In this document: in pieces, positions 31,677 to 42,211 of the stretch
Layout: the number at the start of each line of letters is the position of its first letter
Position numbering within the stretch: position 1 is the stretch's first letter
The notes under the pieces: generated by a model
What the model was told of the DNA's origin: nothing
The model's database searches: none
What the model saw: only the letters and a program-made list of their open reading frames with translations
Made by a program: the position numbers and the translations under genes
DNA from: Thermodesulfobacteriota bacterium
Lineage (GTDB): Bacteria > Desulfobacterota > Desulfarculia > JACQYL01
Direction of reading: 5' to 3'
Assembly (NCBI GenBank): GCA_963675595.2
Contig: CAXXLZ010000001.1
Location: 1,472,001-1,536,000 of the forward strand
Length of the DNA: 64,000 nt

Positions 31677-32447
31677 TCAGCGTCGCCATTCCAAAATGGA
31701 GCGCTTTCTCGGCTTCCCCGTTTTCCATCTTCTTGAAATCGACCGTAACCGTTCTATTTGCTTCTCTTCTTCATGCACTATAAGCTGTTCCAGTTCATGG
31801 TTATCCAGTTTTCCGTCACTTTTCCGTCCGACTATCTTCAGATAATCAGCCAAAGACTTCCCATCGTCCAAATACTTGCTCAAAGGATATACCGGAACCT
31901 CTCGATCGAACTCCAATAGCAACATATGATGCATCGAAGACCATAACGTTCGTATACATCTACGAGCCCAATAACGATCATCATCTGTATGGTTAGAAGA
32001 GAATTTTAACCACGAAACTATCTGACAAATGTCTTTTAAGTTTTCGTAAGGGTAGAGACCGATCTTGCTCGATGGACCTAAGTTCTTAAACACTCCCCTT
32101 AAGGAATCGATGACAGTGGATAGATCTTGTTGCGTCTTTGCGAAGTCATGATCCGTTGGATTTTGTATATGGGTATATTGTATCGCTTGCTGACAGGCTG
32201 GTATCAATATGTTCCAAAACTCTCTCAACGCGGATAGATAGCTAAATCTTTTTTGGAAACAATATCCAAGCCATGCTGCAGGGATAGCTATGAAGAATGG
32301 GACTAAGTCTTTGAATGTTTGATAGGCAATACTAGCTACGCCATTTGTATCTGGAAAACTTATTCTTAAAAATATACCAATTATTATTGCCAAAAAGTAT
32401 ATTAATACGACAATTAGAGTCCACTTGTACAAATTTTTTCGCGTCAT
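31677..32447 (-). CDS. Low-GC hypothetical membrane protein (two N-terminal TM helices)
   Basis: 256-aa ORF in markedly AT-rich DNA; hydrophobic segments WTLIVVLIYFLAIIIGIFL and LVPFFIAIPAAWLGY. Confidence 0.7.
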   Translation of the reverse strand: MTRKNLYKWTLIVVLIYFLAIIIGIFLRISFPDTNGVASIAYQTFKDLVPFFIAIPAAWLGYCFQKRFSYLSALREFWNILIPACQQAIQYTHIQNPTDHDFAKTQQDLSTVIDSLRGVFKNLGPSSKIGLYPYENLKDICQIVSWLKFSSNHTDDDRYWARRCIRTLWSSMHHMLLLEFDREVPVYPLSKYLDDGKSLADYLKIVGRKSDGKLDNHELEQLIVHEEEKQIERLRSISRRWKTGKPRKRSILEWRR

Positions 32448-32638
32448 ATTTTGACTACTTAGATAGATATTAATATAATAGACTGCATGCTATTGCATAC
32501 ACAAGCTATCTTTATAAGAACAATGCTTCTTATATTTGCTTCTCATGAAACTTAAATCCGATATAGGTCCCGCTGCTGATACCCATGAGCGCCAGCAACG
32601 GAATGTGTCAATGAAAATGAGACACCTGTTTGCAGAAA

Positions 32639-33634
32639 TTAGACTCTCACGTCATCGCTCGACGGTTTGTTGATCCACGCGGCCTTGGGCAATTTTGGCG
32701 GCTGTGGCACCTTTCCTTTGAAACGGTTGGGGTTGCTCCGGAAGGCAGCCCGAAGAACTTGGCTGCGACACGCTACAATGTCCTGGGCGAGTCCGTAATG
32801 GAGCTGTTCGGGTGTGACCAACCCGATGCCTGAATGCCGATGCTCGGGGTTGTACCAGGAGAAGAACTCCCGGCAGAAAGACCGGGCATCCTGGATTGAT
32901 CCAAACCGTTTCGGGAATTTCGGGCAATACTTGAGGGTTTTAAACTGCGCCTCCGAGTAGGGGTTATCATTGCTGACATAGGGTCGGCTGTGGGTCTTGG
33001 TCACTCCAATGTCTCCCATGAACTCGGCTACGGACTTCGCTTTCATCGCCGGGCCTCGATCCGCATGGATGATGAGTTGGCCGGACTTGATATCCTGCTT
33101 GAAGCACGTCTCTTCGATGAGTTGCCTGGCCAAAGCGGCGCTTTCCCGATGGGCCACCATCCAGCCGACCACGTAGCGGCTGAAGATGTCCATGATCACG
33201 TAAAGATGGAAATAGGTCCACTTCACAGGCCCTTTTAGCTTCGTAATATCCCAGGACCACACTTTGTTGGGTCCGGTCGCAAGCAACTCGGGCTTTTTAT
33301 AGACAGGCCGCCACGCCTGCTTTCTTCGCTCTTTGACATCACCGGATTCCGCTTTGAGAATCCGGTACATGGTCCGGATGGAGCAGTAGTACTGTCCTTC
33401 ATCGAGCAAGACGGCAAAGACCTGACGGGGAGCATCATCCTGAAAACGGGAGCTGTTAAGCAGATCGACCACGGTTTCCCGCTCCCGGGGGTTCAGAGCC
33501 AAGGGAGGCGCCGGCCGCGGTGTGCGGGCCGCCGCCGGCTTCAGGAGGCGATAGAAACTCGCACGGGGCAGGCCCATGGCTCCACATGCCTGCACGGTTC
33601 CTACCTCGGTGCGCAACTCCATCGCCGCGCTCAT
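32639..33634 (-). CDS. IS3-family transposase OrfB (integrase core)
   Basis: VWSWDITKL, DIFSRYVVGW, HADRG, SNDNPYSEAQFKTLKY. Confidence 0.93.
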   Translation of the reverse strand: MSAAMELRTEVGTVQACGAMGLPRASFYRLLKPAAARTPRPAPPLALNPRERETVVDLLNSSRFQDDAPRQVFAVLLDEGQYYCSIRTMYRILKAESGDVKERRKQAWRPVYKKPELLATGPNKVWSWDITKLKGPVKWTYFHLYVIMDIFSRYVVGWMVAHRESAALARQLIEETCFKQDIKSGQLIIHADRGPAMKAKSVAEFMGDIGVTKTHSRPYVSNDNPYSEAQFKTLKYCPKFPKRFGSIQDARSFCREFFSWYNPEHRHSGIGLVTPEQLHYGLAQDIVACRSQVLRAAFRSNPNRFKGKVPQPPKLPKAAWINKPSSDDVRV

Positions 33635-34122
33635 GAACTGCTCCCGTCGTCGTCCAGGTCCGGCTGAGCGATCCCCAGTATCTCCGAGATTTTTTTTTGA
33701 ACTTCGATGATGGTTCGCGCCTGTTTCAGTTGATTCTCGAGACGGCGGTTCTCCCTTTCAAGCCGGGCCACCCGCTCTGCCATAGGGTTCTTCTGCTTGG
33801 GCTTCCGGCCTCGCTTCTTTGGCCCAAGCGCACTCAACTGCCCCTGGTCACGTTGTCTACGCCATGTCGCCAGACTCGAAGAATACAGGCCTTTTCGCCA
33901 AAGTAGAGCCCCGAGCCGGCCCGGTTCAGTACACGCATCGGCTTCCTCCAGGATTCTCAGCTTGTACCGGGCTGTAAATCTGCGACGAGGCTTCTTCTCT
34001 GGAACCTCCGGGTCGGGGACCGTGACGTGCTTCCCGATCGTGGTAACTCCGGTCGTCCTACGGACTCCCTCCGTTACCACGATTCCCTCATCCGGATTCT
34101 CTTTCTCTCTGTGCCTCATCAT
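33631..34122 (-). CDS. IS3-family transposase OrfA
   Basis: PDPEVPEK..RRRFTARYKLRILEEAD..GLYSS..WRRQ; ATGA overlap with orfB. Confidence 0.88.
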   Translation of the reverse strand: MMRHREKENPDEGIVVTEGVRRTTGVTTIGKHVTVPDPEVPEKKPRRRFTARYKLRILEEADACTEPGRLGALLWRKGLYSSSLATWRRQRDQGQLSALGPKKRGRKPKQKNPMAERVARLERENRRLENQLKQARTIIEVQKKISEILGIAQPDLDDDGSSS

Positions 34123-35600
34123 GCTCCATCTCCTACCCGCCCTACACTAATTTATCAACGGGTAGGTGTCTCACTCTCATTGGCACAGAGGGAATGTCGA
34201 ATCGAATTCGGGCATGGTCAAGCTGTCCCAGGTGGAATGGAGAAAAATGACGCCCAGGATGACGGTCCAAACAGCGATCTGGAAGCGGTGAAGGCTGATG
34301 CCCCCGGCATCCGAAAGGATGTCTGAAAAGAATCCTTTCGTCTTCTCGGGTTCCAGTTCCACTTCCACTGCAGGAATCGCTTTTTCCGCCCGGCTCAATG
34401 CACCCTCCTTCTCCGCCTGCTCTTTCAACAGCTTGTCCGTTTCAGGGGTGACGGGTGGGTTCTTCATCAGCTCGGCGAGCTGTGCCAGCCGAGTCTCCAT
34501 CACCTTCTTTTCCTCCTGGAGGTCGTCAAGTTTGCTCGCCGCAGCGCTGCGTTTGCTCGAACTCACGGCGGTGGCGCTCAACCCGGTGGCCGCGCTGATT
34601 CCGATCAGTACGAGCGTCGAATTCCCGAGGGATTGCTGCTCAGTGGTGGTCACCCAGAGGAACACGTAAGAAGCGACGACAATGAAAAACCAGAAGGCCA
34701 TCTGGGTGCGAGCGAGGCTGTATGTCCTTAGCCTCCCCGGAAGCCCGGGGTAGGAATCGCGAATGATGCCGCTGTTTCGGGTCAACCATCCGAACAGGAC
34801 GAGAACAATCAAGAAGAGCGCGACGAAGAACCAGAATCGGGCTTTGTGCACGATCACCAGCGGATAATCCGTCACGTCCGAGGGTAACGGTTGCTCATCT
34901 TCGTATCCGATGGATACGGCAATGGGGTAGGTGAAGCCTTTGTCCCGCGAAAAGGGTCTGCCGAGCAGGTTCCGCCATTGACCATTGGAACTGGATGTCT
35001 TCTTGATCTGAAATATGAGATTGCCGCCTTGGGGTGCACAGACAGCCTGAAGGTCTCGGTGGGGTTTACAGTTCAAGTAAAGAATGAATTTTTCAGGGTC
35101 ATTCCCCGTGGCTTTGAGGTATTTCTCAAGGCCGTCCACCGTTACCGTGATGGTGCTCCCAAGCCTGAGTGCGCCTTCGACCTTTGACACACGCAGTTTC
35201 TTCTCGGCTTCAGGCTCTGTCGGTGGTGTCCGGGATTCACCTTCGTCCGACACGCGCGATTCGCCCTCCTCGGCCCGGGCGTTCGCCGATTGAGCGCCGA
35301 CAAGAAGCAGTCCCACAAGAATCAACACAACCATGCCGGTCAATCTTGTTGTTCCGTTCATCATGATCCTATCTCCCCGCCTGCCTGCGGTGATCCGTTT
35401 TTTCATGCCGCATGGCCGCTCATCCCGCATATTTGTTCACACCGTTTCCGGGGGAACACCATCACCGCGGGCCCCCCTGACGCGGGCATTCTTAAGATGC
35501 AACACTTTCGCCGACATATCCGTTGATTGCAGGCGTGAAAACTTGTGCGGAGAGCGCCCTTGAACTCGGTTGCGACGCGCGGCGAGCAACCCGCTCAACA

Positions 35601-35648
35601 AGTTTTGGGAAGGGTTTGGGAAACCCTTTTCCAAAAGGGTTTCCCAAA
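35601..35648. repeat. REP-like palindrome
   Basis: TTTGGGAAACCCTTTT-CC-AAAAGGGTTTCCCAAA, a perfect 16-bp stem preceded by AGTTTTGGGAAGGG. Confidence 0.65.
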
Positions 35649-35772
35649 TACCCCGTGAACGGATACCATCACGCTGCGACTTCCTTGGCGGCCGCCGGCA
35701 TGCCGTTGAAATCGATGTTCAGTCCGCCATGGGCACTTGAACGGAATCCCGGTCATCCCCGAAATGCCCCGA

Positions 35773-36345
35773 TCAAGCACGTTTGTGGGGGCATCCGGCC
35801 CAGATTTCCTGGGGATAGATGATCCGATCGGTTCCCGGAATGTCGGGAATGTCGACTCCCGTGTTCAGGTCCAGTCCCATCCTCAGATAGGCCTTGTACG
35901 CGAGTTGGCTGCAGTAGAATCGCTCTTCCGTCGATGAATCCAGGTAATTCAGATTATACGGTTTTCCCGCTTCGGCCTGCCGGAGGCAATAGTCGGCCAC
36001 CTCCCGACGAATCTTATCCATCTCTTCAGAACTTAGATTGCGACCCTCCAATGGATAAGCCACTCCGTACAGCGTGTCGATCAGCAGTCCTCGCTCCTCG
36101 GTCATGCTCTCGGCGTCCCAGTTCCCATCCTTGACGTGGAAGGCGACCACCCTGCCCTTGGCCCCCGCTTCCACACACCGGCCCGCGGGTCCCACGTATA
36201 CCGCAATGTGATCCACTGCGCCCGGAAGCAATTTGCCTATCGCCCGCCAGAATTGACCCAGGATGCTTTCTCCTCCTCCGTCCACGGTGCAGATCAGGTC
36301 CCCGGTCCTCACCGCGATTCCGTTGATTTCATAGTCGTAGAGCAT
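35773..36345 (-). CDS. Permuted papain-like NlpC/P60 amidase (YiiX/YebB-like)
   Basis: GDLI, catalytic His first (DHIAVYVG), VEA, GKPYN, catalytic Cys late (FYCSQLAYKAY), IYPQEI. Confidence 0.88.
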   Translation of the reverse strand: MLYDYEINGIAVRTGDLICTVDGGGESILGQFWRAIGKLLPGAVDHIAVYVGPAGRCVEAGAKGRVVAFHVKDGNWDAESMTEERGLLIDTLYGVAYPLEGRNLSSEEMDKIRREVADYCLRQAEAGKPYNLNYLDSSTEERFYCSQLAYKAYLRMGLDLNTGVDIPDIPGTDRIIYPQEIWAGCPHKRA

Positions 36346-36369
36346 ACGGACACCCTCCGAGTCGAAGGC

Positions 36370-37479
36370 TCACACCACCACCAATCCGACACTCGGCAGC
36401 AGTTCTCTAAGCACATAGTGCACGTGGTAGTCGGCGGCCTGATGAAAGCGGTAAACACTCCACTCGGCCGCTTCCTCCGGCTTTTCCAATGTGCAGAAGT
36501 CTTCCCACTGCTTATCCCAGGTAACCGTGTCGTAATCCGGTATCACTTGTCCCCCGATTATCCCCAGCCTGCCTTGCCTGAAATCGTCCCGCCAACGTTC
36601 CGAGCGTTCCGTCTTACCTTTCTGCAGGGAGAGTATCCGCCTGATTTGTTCTTTTGAGTTCCCGAAAGGAACGCCGCCTGAGCCATCCGAGTGTTGTGGT
36701 TGGGCGTCGGCGAACCTCTTGAAGAAATCATGCAGACATTCGGCGGCGTCAAGAAAGCTCTCCGTGTTGTTTCGACAGATTAATCCCACGCACGAGGGAT
36801 TTTCTTCGAATCCGAGCTCCCATTCGAGGTAGGGAAGGTCCGGGAGAGTGGCTGCTGCGCCGTGCCCCAAGGCGCCGGAAGCCACTTCAGCACCGTCATG
36901 GATGACCCATCTCTTCATATTTTCCCACAAGCCCCCTTGACAACCGAACTTCCTGAAAAAAGCGGTCAATTTCTTTTCTATATAGGAAGAGGTCGGATCG
37001 TCCGCGTTCAGGGGCCTGATGCTGTTGGCCCGTACCTTGTTTTTCCGCGAGCTGACTCCGGAGAAGCCGAAATGTGAAAAGGTATCGGCATAAACGTGGG
37101 CGGCAATCCCCATCAGTTCCAGAATGTAACAGCGGTCCGACAGTGTCGAGTAATGTTCCAGGACCCGGTTCACCAATTCGCTGTTTTTCACACACAGCAA
37201 ACGCTGGGAGAATTCGCTCCCTTCGTTCCCCGGAAAGAAATGAAAGGGAAGCCACACGAACGGCTGATCGCGTATGTCGCGATTCTCAACCAGTTCGAGG
37301 GTCTTATGTGCGGTAACGATGGGAGCAAGTTTGTTGCCGTCTTCGTGGTACTGAAAATCGTCCTTGACGGCATCGTCCACATACTGGGACGCCGTGGCGA
37401 TGGTTTCGGCCGCGCTTGCCTTCAGCCCCGCCATTCTGGCCAGTGCGTAAACCCCGTAATAGTGCATATCGATCTGCAT
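36370..37479 (-). CDS. DUF6765-like putative zinc-dependent hydrolase
   Basis: MQIDMHYYGVYALARMAG, SQYVDD, PFHFFPG, GIAAHVYADTFSH; paralogous to 43401-44372. Confidence 0.78.
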   Translation of the reverse strand: MQIDMHYYGVYALARMAGLKASAAETIATASQYVDDAVKDDFQYHEDGNKLAPIVTAHKTLELVENRDIRDQPFVWLPFHFFPGNEGSEFSQRLLCVKNSELVNRVLEHYSTLSDRCYILELMGIAAHVYADTFSHFGFSGVSSRKNKVRANSIRPLNADDPTSSYIEKKLTAFFRKFGCQGGLWENMKRWVIHDGAEVASGALGHGAAATLPDLPYLEWELGFEENPSCVGLICRNNTESFLDAAECLHDFFKRFADAQPQHSDGSGGVPFGNSKEQIRRILSLQKGKTERSERWRDDFRQGRLGIIGGQVIPDYDTVTWDKQWEDFCTLEKPEEAAEWSVYRFHQAADYHVHYVLRELLPSVGLVVV

Positions 37480-37654
37480 ACGTTCCTCCTTTGGGCAAGG
37501 CGTTGGTTCCCGTTTTCGTCACATTTCCAACGATCCTTCCGTCGCCTGAATCGGCAAAGGAACACCCTGCTCCGGCTTCGTCACGCGCCGGCGGCACGGA
37601 CCCTGCGAACAAGAACGAAAAGATTTCCGACCCATCATCTCAACCTCCCCGCAC

Positions 37655-39100
37655 TCAAGCCGTACGCCTGTGAGAAGGACGCTTTCCCGTGGGAAGGTTC
37701 ATCCGAGGTCCCGTTCGCGTGAAATGTTCGGTGGGAACGGCCAGGGCCGCGAAACGGTCCGCGTGTTCCGGATGGTATTCCCTCACCGCCTCCATCAGCC
37801 AGGAAGGCGGCTTGGATTCATGGAACTTCGCCACGTCTTCCACCTTTTCCACCAGATGGCCGACGTACTTCCTGATGTTGGCTCCGAGGTCGTCCGGTCG
37901 CAGCCCCAGGAAGTCCAGGGGATTTTCCTCCGCAATTTGTTTAAAGGACCGGTCGTCCAGGTACTTTTCGAAGAACTCCCGGTAGTTCTCTTCCGATATC
38001 CGCATCTGAATCAGGAAATGGTCGCTGCCCCACAAGATTCGACGTTGATAATGCTCGTCCTCGATGAGGTCCTTCAGCTTGGCGAAATATCCCGCGTCGC
38101 CCTTCTCTCCCATGGGCGCGGTGTGAAAGGAGATGTCCGCAAACACCTTTCCCGGGTACTTCTCCATGAGGTGAAGAATGGAGCCGGCCCATGCGTCCGG
38201 CTTGTCGTCCACCTTCAACTCACTGGGGGCATGGGCCCTGCTGAATTTCTCGTCTCCTCCGAAGTGCGCAAAACAGACTTTCAGTTTGGGGGTCTTTTCC
38301 AGGATATCGGTCCAGTAGAAGGGATTGGCGTTGGCCACGGAGGCGTCATCCCTACAGAACCCCTCGCCGTTGCAGTGCATGGTAATGGGAAGATCGTTTT
38401 CGGCGCAGTAGTCGTAGATTTCATCAAGGCCGTCCGCATTCACGGAGTACCCCAGGGAGGGATAAAGCTTGACGCCCACAAAAGGGTGATCCTTCAAGGC
38501 CTTTTTCGTCTTGCGGACAAAATCGGTTCGCAGGGGATTCACCGCGTAGAAAGGCAGGACCCTGCCGGGATATCGGTACACTTGGCGGATCGTCTGTCGA
38601 ACCTGTTTCCGAAAGCGTTTCTCGTCCGACTCCTCTTCGTCTTGGCGCCCGGAACGGATATCCATCATAAGCGCAACGGCGCTCTCGTCCTCCTCCAACG
38701 TGTCCATGAGATGATCCGTTACGTCGTCCATGGTTGGAAGCAATCCGATCTGTACGAATTTAATGAAATCGGTGACACCGGCGAATTGGGCGTCGCTGTC
38801 GCACGCTTCTCGGAGCAATTCGTCAAGCATGGGGGAACCCATATGCTCGAAGTCCTTGCGCTCCCGTTGTCTTTCGGTAACGGCTCGAAAGATTTTGTGA
38901 TTGCCCGCCAGTTTCCTTTTCACCGCTTTTTGATCGGCCGGACGGCCCGTACGAATGAAGAACTTCACCACGTCGCAGAGCGCTTCGGCGATAGGCGCGG
39001 GCACGCCGTAACGTATCGCGCGGCCCTCCAGGTTCCGGAAAGCCTCGTTGCCGGCGACCGCCTGGAGATTGAACACGTGACAATGGCTGTTCACACGCAT
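37655..39100 (-). CDS. Amidohydrolase-superfamily (TIM-barrel) metallohydrolase
   Basis: Start MRVNSHCHVF (HxH), GVKLYPSLGY, ITMHC, CFAHFGG, FADIS, ILWGSDH. Confidence 0.9.
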   Translation of the reverse strand: MRVNSHCHVFNLQAVAGNEAFRNLEGRAIRYGVPAPIAEALCDVVKFFIRTGRPADQKAVKRKLAGNHKIFRAVTERQRERKDFEHMGSPMLDELLREACDSDAQFAGVTDFIKFVQIGLLPTMDDVTDHLMDTLEEDESAVALMMDIRSGRQDEEESDEKRFRKQVRQTIRQVYRYPGRVLPFYAVNPLRTDFVRKTKKALKDHPFVGVKLYPSLGYSVNADGLDEIYDYCAENDLPITMHCNGEGFCRDDASVANANPFYWTDILEKTPKLKVCFAHFGGDEKFSRAHAPSELKVDDKPDAWAGSILHLMEKYPGKVFADISFHTAPMGEKGDAGYFAKLKDLIEDEHYQRRILWGSDHFLIQMRISEENYREFFEKYLDDRSFKQIAEENPLDFLGLRPDDLGANIRKYVGHLVEKVEDVAKFHESKPPSWLMEAVREYHPEHADRFAALAVPTEHFTRTGPRMNLPTGKRPSHRRTA

Positions 39101-39744
39101 GTTATCCCTTTCGGTTGGGAGAGAACGTTGGACTTGCAGGGCAATCACGGTCTGAAATTGAAGGAGGCGAGGGAACCGCAGGCGGGTGCTCCGAGCTTGG
39201 CCTCGCAACGAGAACCGCCCAACCTGATGGAGGAGAAGGATGGGCGTCATGCGCCCGTTTCAATGAAGGGGACAGGCCTGCGACGAAGGAGGGTGAGGAA
39301 TCACCCGGGACTCCGCATTCCGGTCGGAAGGAATCCATCGCGTGTCGGGGGAGAAAGGTCAAAATGGAGAGACAATGGAACGGGAAGGAATAGCTGTTTC
39401 GTCTTTTTCTCGTGCGGAGGGAGAGCGGCCGGTCCGCGCACCGACCGGCAAACGGCCTCCGGGAGTGGAAGACCGTGCCTTGCGGATCTAAGAACCCCCT
39501 AATGCCCCGTAAACGGAACATCATCAGCCCATCCTCCGCCGGCCCGCGGTTCAGGAAGAAATCACCCTACAAATAGCTTTACGCGCAATCCAATGGGCTG
39601 TCTATTGGTAATTCCCGTCATTTTTCATCGTACCGGCGGCGAAGAGACGGAAACGCCCTCCCCGGCACCGGATTAAAACCGGCTACATTTTTCCGGCTCT
39701 TCACCCTCCTTTCAGGCTTGGACGTCGCTCATTCCAAGACACCA

Positions 39745-40332
39745 TCACTCTCCGCGCAACTTAATGTCGGGATACAGCTCTTTCGCGCATTCTCTACACA
39801 GGCTGTGGCTGAACTTGGCGTCGGAGTGTTCCTGGATATAGGCCTCGAGTTGATTCCAATACCCCTGATCGTCCCGTATCTTCTTGCATTTCATGCAGAT
39901 GGGAAGAATACCTCGAAGCACCTTGATCTCGTCGAAAGCCTTTTCAAGTTTCTCTTTGTCCTCCATCGTCTGTTTCAGCAGCTTCTCTTTGGATCTCCGC
40001 TCTATCAGATAATGCTGAAAAATAATATTCACCATGAAACCCGATATGATCAAACATAGGACCACCGTAAACGCGACATCGATAACTCTCTGAATTCTGT
40101 GTTCAAAATAGGAAACAGTTTCAGGATGTAGATATTCTATGGTCATCAATCCAAGGATGGTCAGCAAGAGCATCACGTAGAACAGTATCTTCAGCCGGGT
40201 ACTCAGGAGTATCGTAGCCGGTATAATCAGAACAAAGAAATAGTAAGGTACGCTCTCGTAAGAACCACCACCGACAAACCACAGATAGGAAAGTAACAAA
40301 GGGAAGAACAGTCCCAACGGAATATACAACAT
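39745..40332 (-). pseudogene. Membrane signalling protein with C-terminal Cys-rich (PICxxCKKIRDD) domain, 5' end lost at the IS
   Basis: TM helices, coiled coil and LRGILPICMKCKKIRDDQGYW..SHSLCREC; begins directly at the IS end, with no continuation on the far side. Confidence 0.72.
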
Positions 40333-40335
40333 CTT

Positions 40336-42211
40336 GATGAGTTCGTAAAAACCTCTCCGTAAAGGTATCTAGTTGAAAATATGAATAAAAATGGCATTTA
40401 TGGGTTGACCTTTCTTTTGGGTCCTGTATGATAAGTATCTGACTTGATTAATAATATGGTCCTTAGGGGGGTTGTTTTGTTTCGGCCTAAGAGAACGCAA
40501 AAGACCATTTTCGACCACGATATTTGCCTTCCCGCAGACAGGATCGAGGCGTTGGAGAAGACGTGGGCCGGTCCGTTCCGGCGCCTGGTGCTTCCCATGA
40601 TCGATGAGGAGTCTTTCCGGCCTTTCTACTGTGAGGACAACGGCAGGCCCAACAGACCCGTGGCCATCCTTGTCGGAGCGTGTGTTTTGAAGGAAATGAA
40701 CAGCCTGACCGATGCGGAAGTCTTGGGCGCTCTGGACTTCGATCTGCGTTGGCAATATGCCTTCAACATCAACGCCTTTGAATCTCACGTCTGCCAGAAG
40801 ACCCTGCACAATTTCCGGACCTTGATTACCGACAACAAGCAAGCGCGGAGCCTCTTTACCGGAATCACGGACGCCATCATCGAGACGGCGGCCCTTAGCA
40901 CGGACAAACAGCGGTTGGACTCCACACAGATCACTTCCAACATGGCTCATCTGAGCCGTCTGGGGCTCTTTACGCGCACCATCGAGGCGTTCTTGAAACG
41001 GCTCCATAAGAAACATCCCAAGTTGTATGAGAAACTGCCCCGACTTTACGACAAGGCCTACTTGAAGCGCGCAGGCTATTTTGCCGATGCAAAATCATCG
41101 CGGGCCAAGCGTCGTCTGGACAAGTCCGCCCGCCATCTCGCCGACCTGGTGGACCGCTTCCGAGGTCATCCGGAAATCAGCCGAATGAAAGAATACCGGC
41201 TGATGGCCCGACTACTGTCGGAGCAATGCCGTTTCACCGAGGGAGATCCCGACAAAACAGAACTCGAGAAGCCCAAGGAAATCCCTGCGGACTCCCTGCA
41301 GAATCCTTCGGATCCCGACGCCACCTATGGGCGCAAGGGCAAAGGATATAAGGCTTCCCTCACGGAGACCTGCGTGAAGGAAAATCCCTTCCAGGTGATC
41401 ACCGATGTGGACGTGGCCCCTTCCTATGACAGCGACCAGAAAGACGTGATGCCCGTTATCGAACGCCTGGAGGAAACGGGCCGCAAACCCGAAGAGTTGT
41501 TCGCCGACGCAGGCTACGGCAGCGGCGAGAACATCCTTCAAGCTCACGAGCACGGAGTCGAGCTTACCGCTCCGGTGACTTGCGGAAAAGCGCCGGATCT
41601 CAATAAGATGCAGTTGAGTGACTTTGAAACGAACGAGGACTGCACCCAGGTCGTTTACTGTATCCGGGGGCACGCGCCACTTGAATGCAAGATCGTTGAC
41701 CGCGGCAAAGCGGTGGAAGCCGTGTTTTCCCGCGAGCACTGTCTCCTATGCGAATTTCTCCCCATCTGTCCGGTAAAACGGATCAAGGGCGGAAATTATC
41801 GACTGAAGTACAAGCGCAAGGACATGGCGACCTCCAAGCGCAGACTACAGCAGGAAAGCCATGATTTCAAAGAACGCTACAAAATCCGGTCCGGCATCGA
41901 GGCCACCATCTCCGAAGCGGATCGGGTCACGGGATTGAAACGATCGTGGACCCGAGGCAAAAAACGGGTCACCTTATCTGTTTTCATGAAGGCCCTGGCC
42001 ATCAACATCAAGAGGTTCGTCCAGAGCCGCCTTGATAAGGCCAAGAAGGCCCTTTCCAACTCGATAGAGGGAGGCAGCAACGATAATTTCCGTCGTCTTT
42101 GTAGCCTATGTCACGATGACAGTAACCTTGGCAGTGTTGCAATGGCCGCTTGAACTTCCAATGCTCCAAAAAACAGCCCTGTTCGTAAAGGGGGGTTCTT
42201 ACGACGGCATC
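40336..42211 (+). mobile_element. IS1182/IS5-like element (1876 bp), copy 1
   Basis: IRs GATGAGTTCGTAAAAACC / GATGCCGTCGTAAGAACC; apparently identical to 53322-55197; flanks do not form a TSD. Confidence 0.93.
40444..42153 (+). CDS. DDE transposase (IS1182-like)
   Basis: GRPNRP, QRLDST, LQNPSDPDATY, ADAGY, YKIRSGIEAT. The true start may be TTG 40477. Confidence 0.9.
   Translation: MINNMVLRGVVLFRPKRTQKTIFDHDICLPADRIEALEKTWAGPFRRLVLPMIDEESFRPFYCEDNGRPNRPVAILVGACVLKEMNSLTDAEVLGALDFDLRWQYAFNINAFESHVCQKTLHNFRTLITDNKQARSLFTGITDAIIETAALSTDKQRLDSTQITSNMAHLSRLGLFTRTIEAFLKRLHKKHPKLYEKLPRLYDKAYLKRAGYFADAKSSRAKRRLDKSARHLADLVDRFRGHPEISRMKEYRLMARLLSEQCRFTEGDPDKTELEKPKEIPADSLQNPSDPDATYGRKGKGYKASLTETCVKENPFQVITDVDVAPSYDSDQKDVMPVIERLEETGRKPEELFADAGYGSGENILQAHEHGVELTAPVTCGKAPDLNKMQLSDFETNEDCTQVVYCIRGHAPLECKIVDRGKAVEAVFSREHCLLCEFLPICPVKRIKGGNYRLKYKRKDMATSKRRLQQESHDFKERYKIRSGIEATISEADRVTGLKRSWTRGKKRVTLSVFMKALAINIKRFVQSRLDKAKKALSNSIEGGSNDNFRRLCSLCHDDSNLGSVAMAA

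Larger units (their letters stand above)
32604..34187 (-). mobile_element. IS3-family element (distinct from copies 1 and 2)
   Basis: IRs TGTGTCAATGAAAATGAGACACCT / TGTGCCAATGAGAGTGAGACACCT; exact ends uncertain by 2 bp; no clean TSD. Confidence 0.88.
32530..35364 (-). pseudogene. Exported/membrane protein with internal duplicated membrane module; C-terminus cut off by IS
   Basis: Signal peptide from ATG 35364; repeats SLARTQMAFW..LIGISAATG and SLHRFQIAVW..MPEFDST; the matching tail LLALMGISSGTYIGFKFHEKQI* lies at 32530-32603, beyond the IS. Confidence 0.75.

Noticed and set aside
39130-39500. Purine/GGA-rich plus-strand tract as a second Csr-like RNA
   Set aside because: Irregular spacing, no convincing GGA-loop stems and no promoter or terminator seen.
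37670-39502. 610-aa plus-strand ORF
   Set aside because: Antisense shadow of the amidohydrolase gene; no recognisable motifs.
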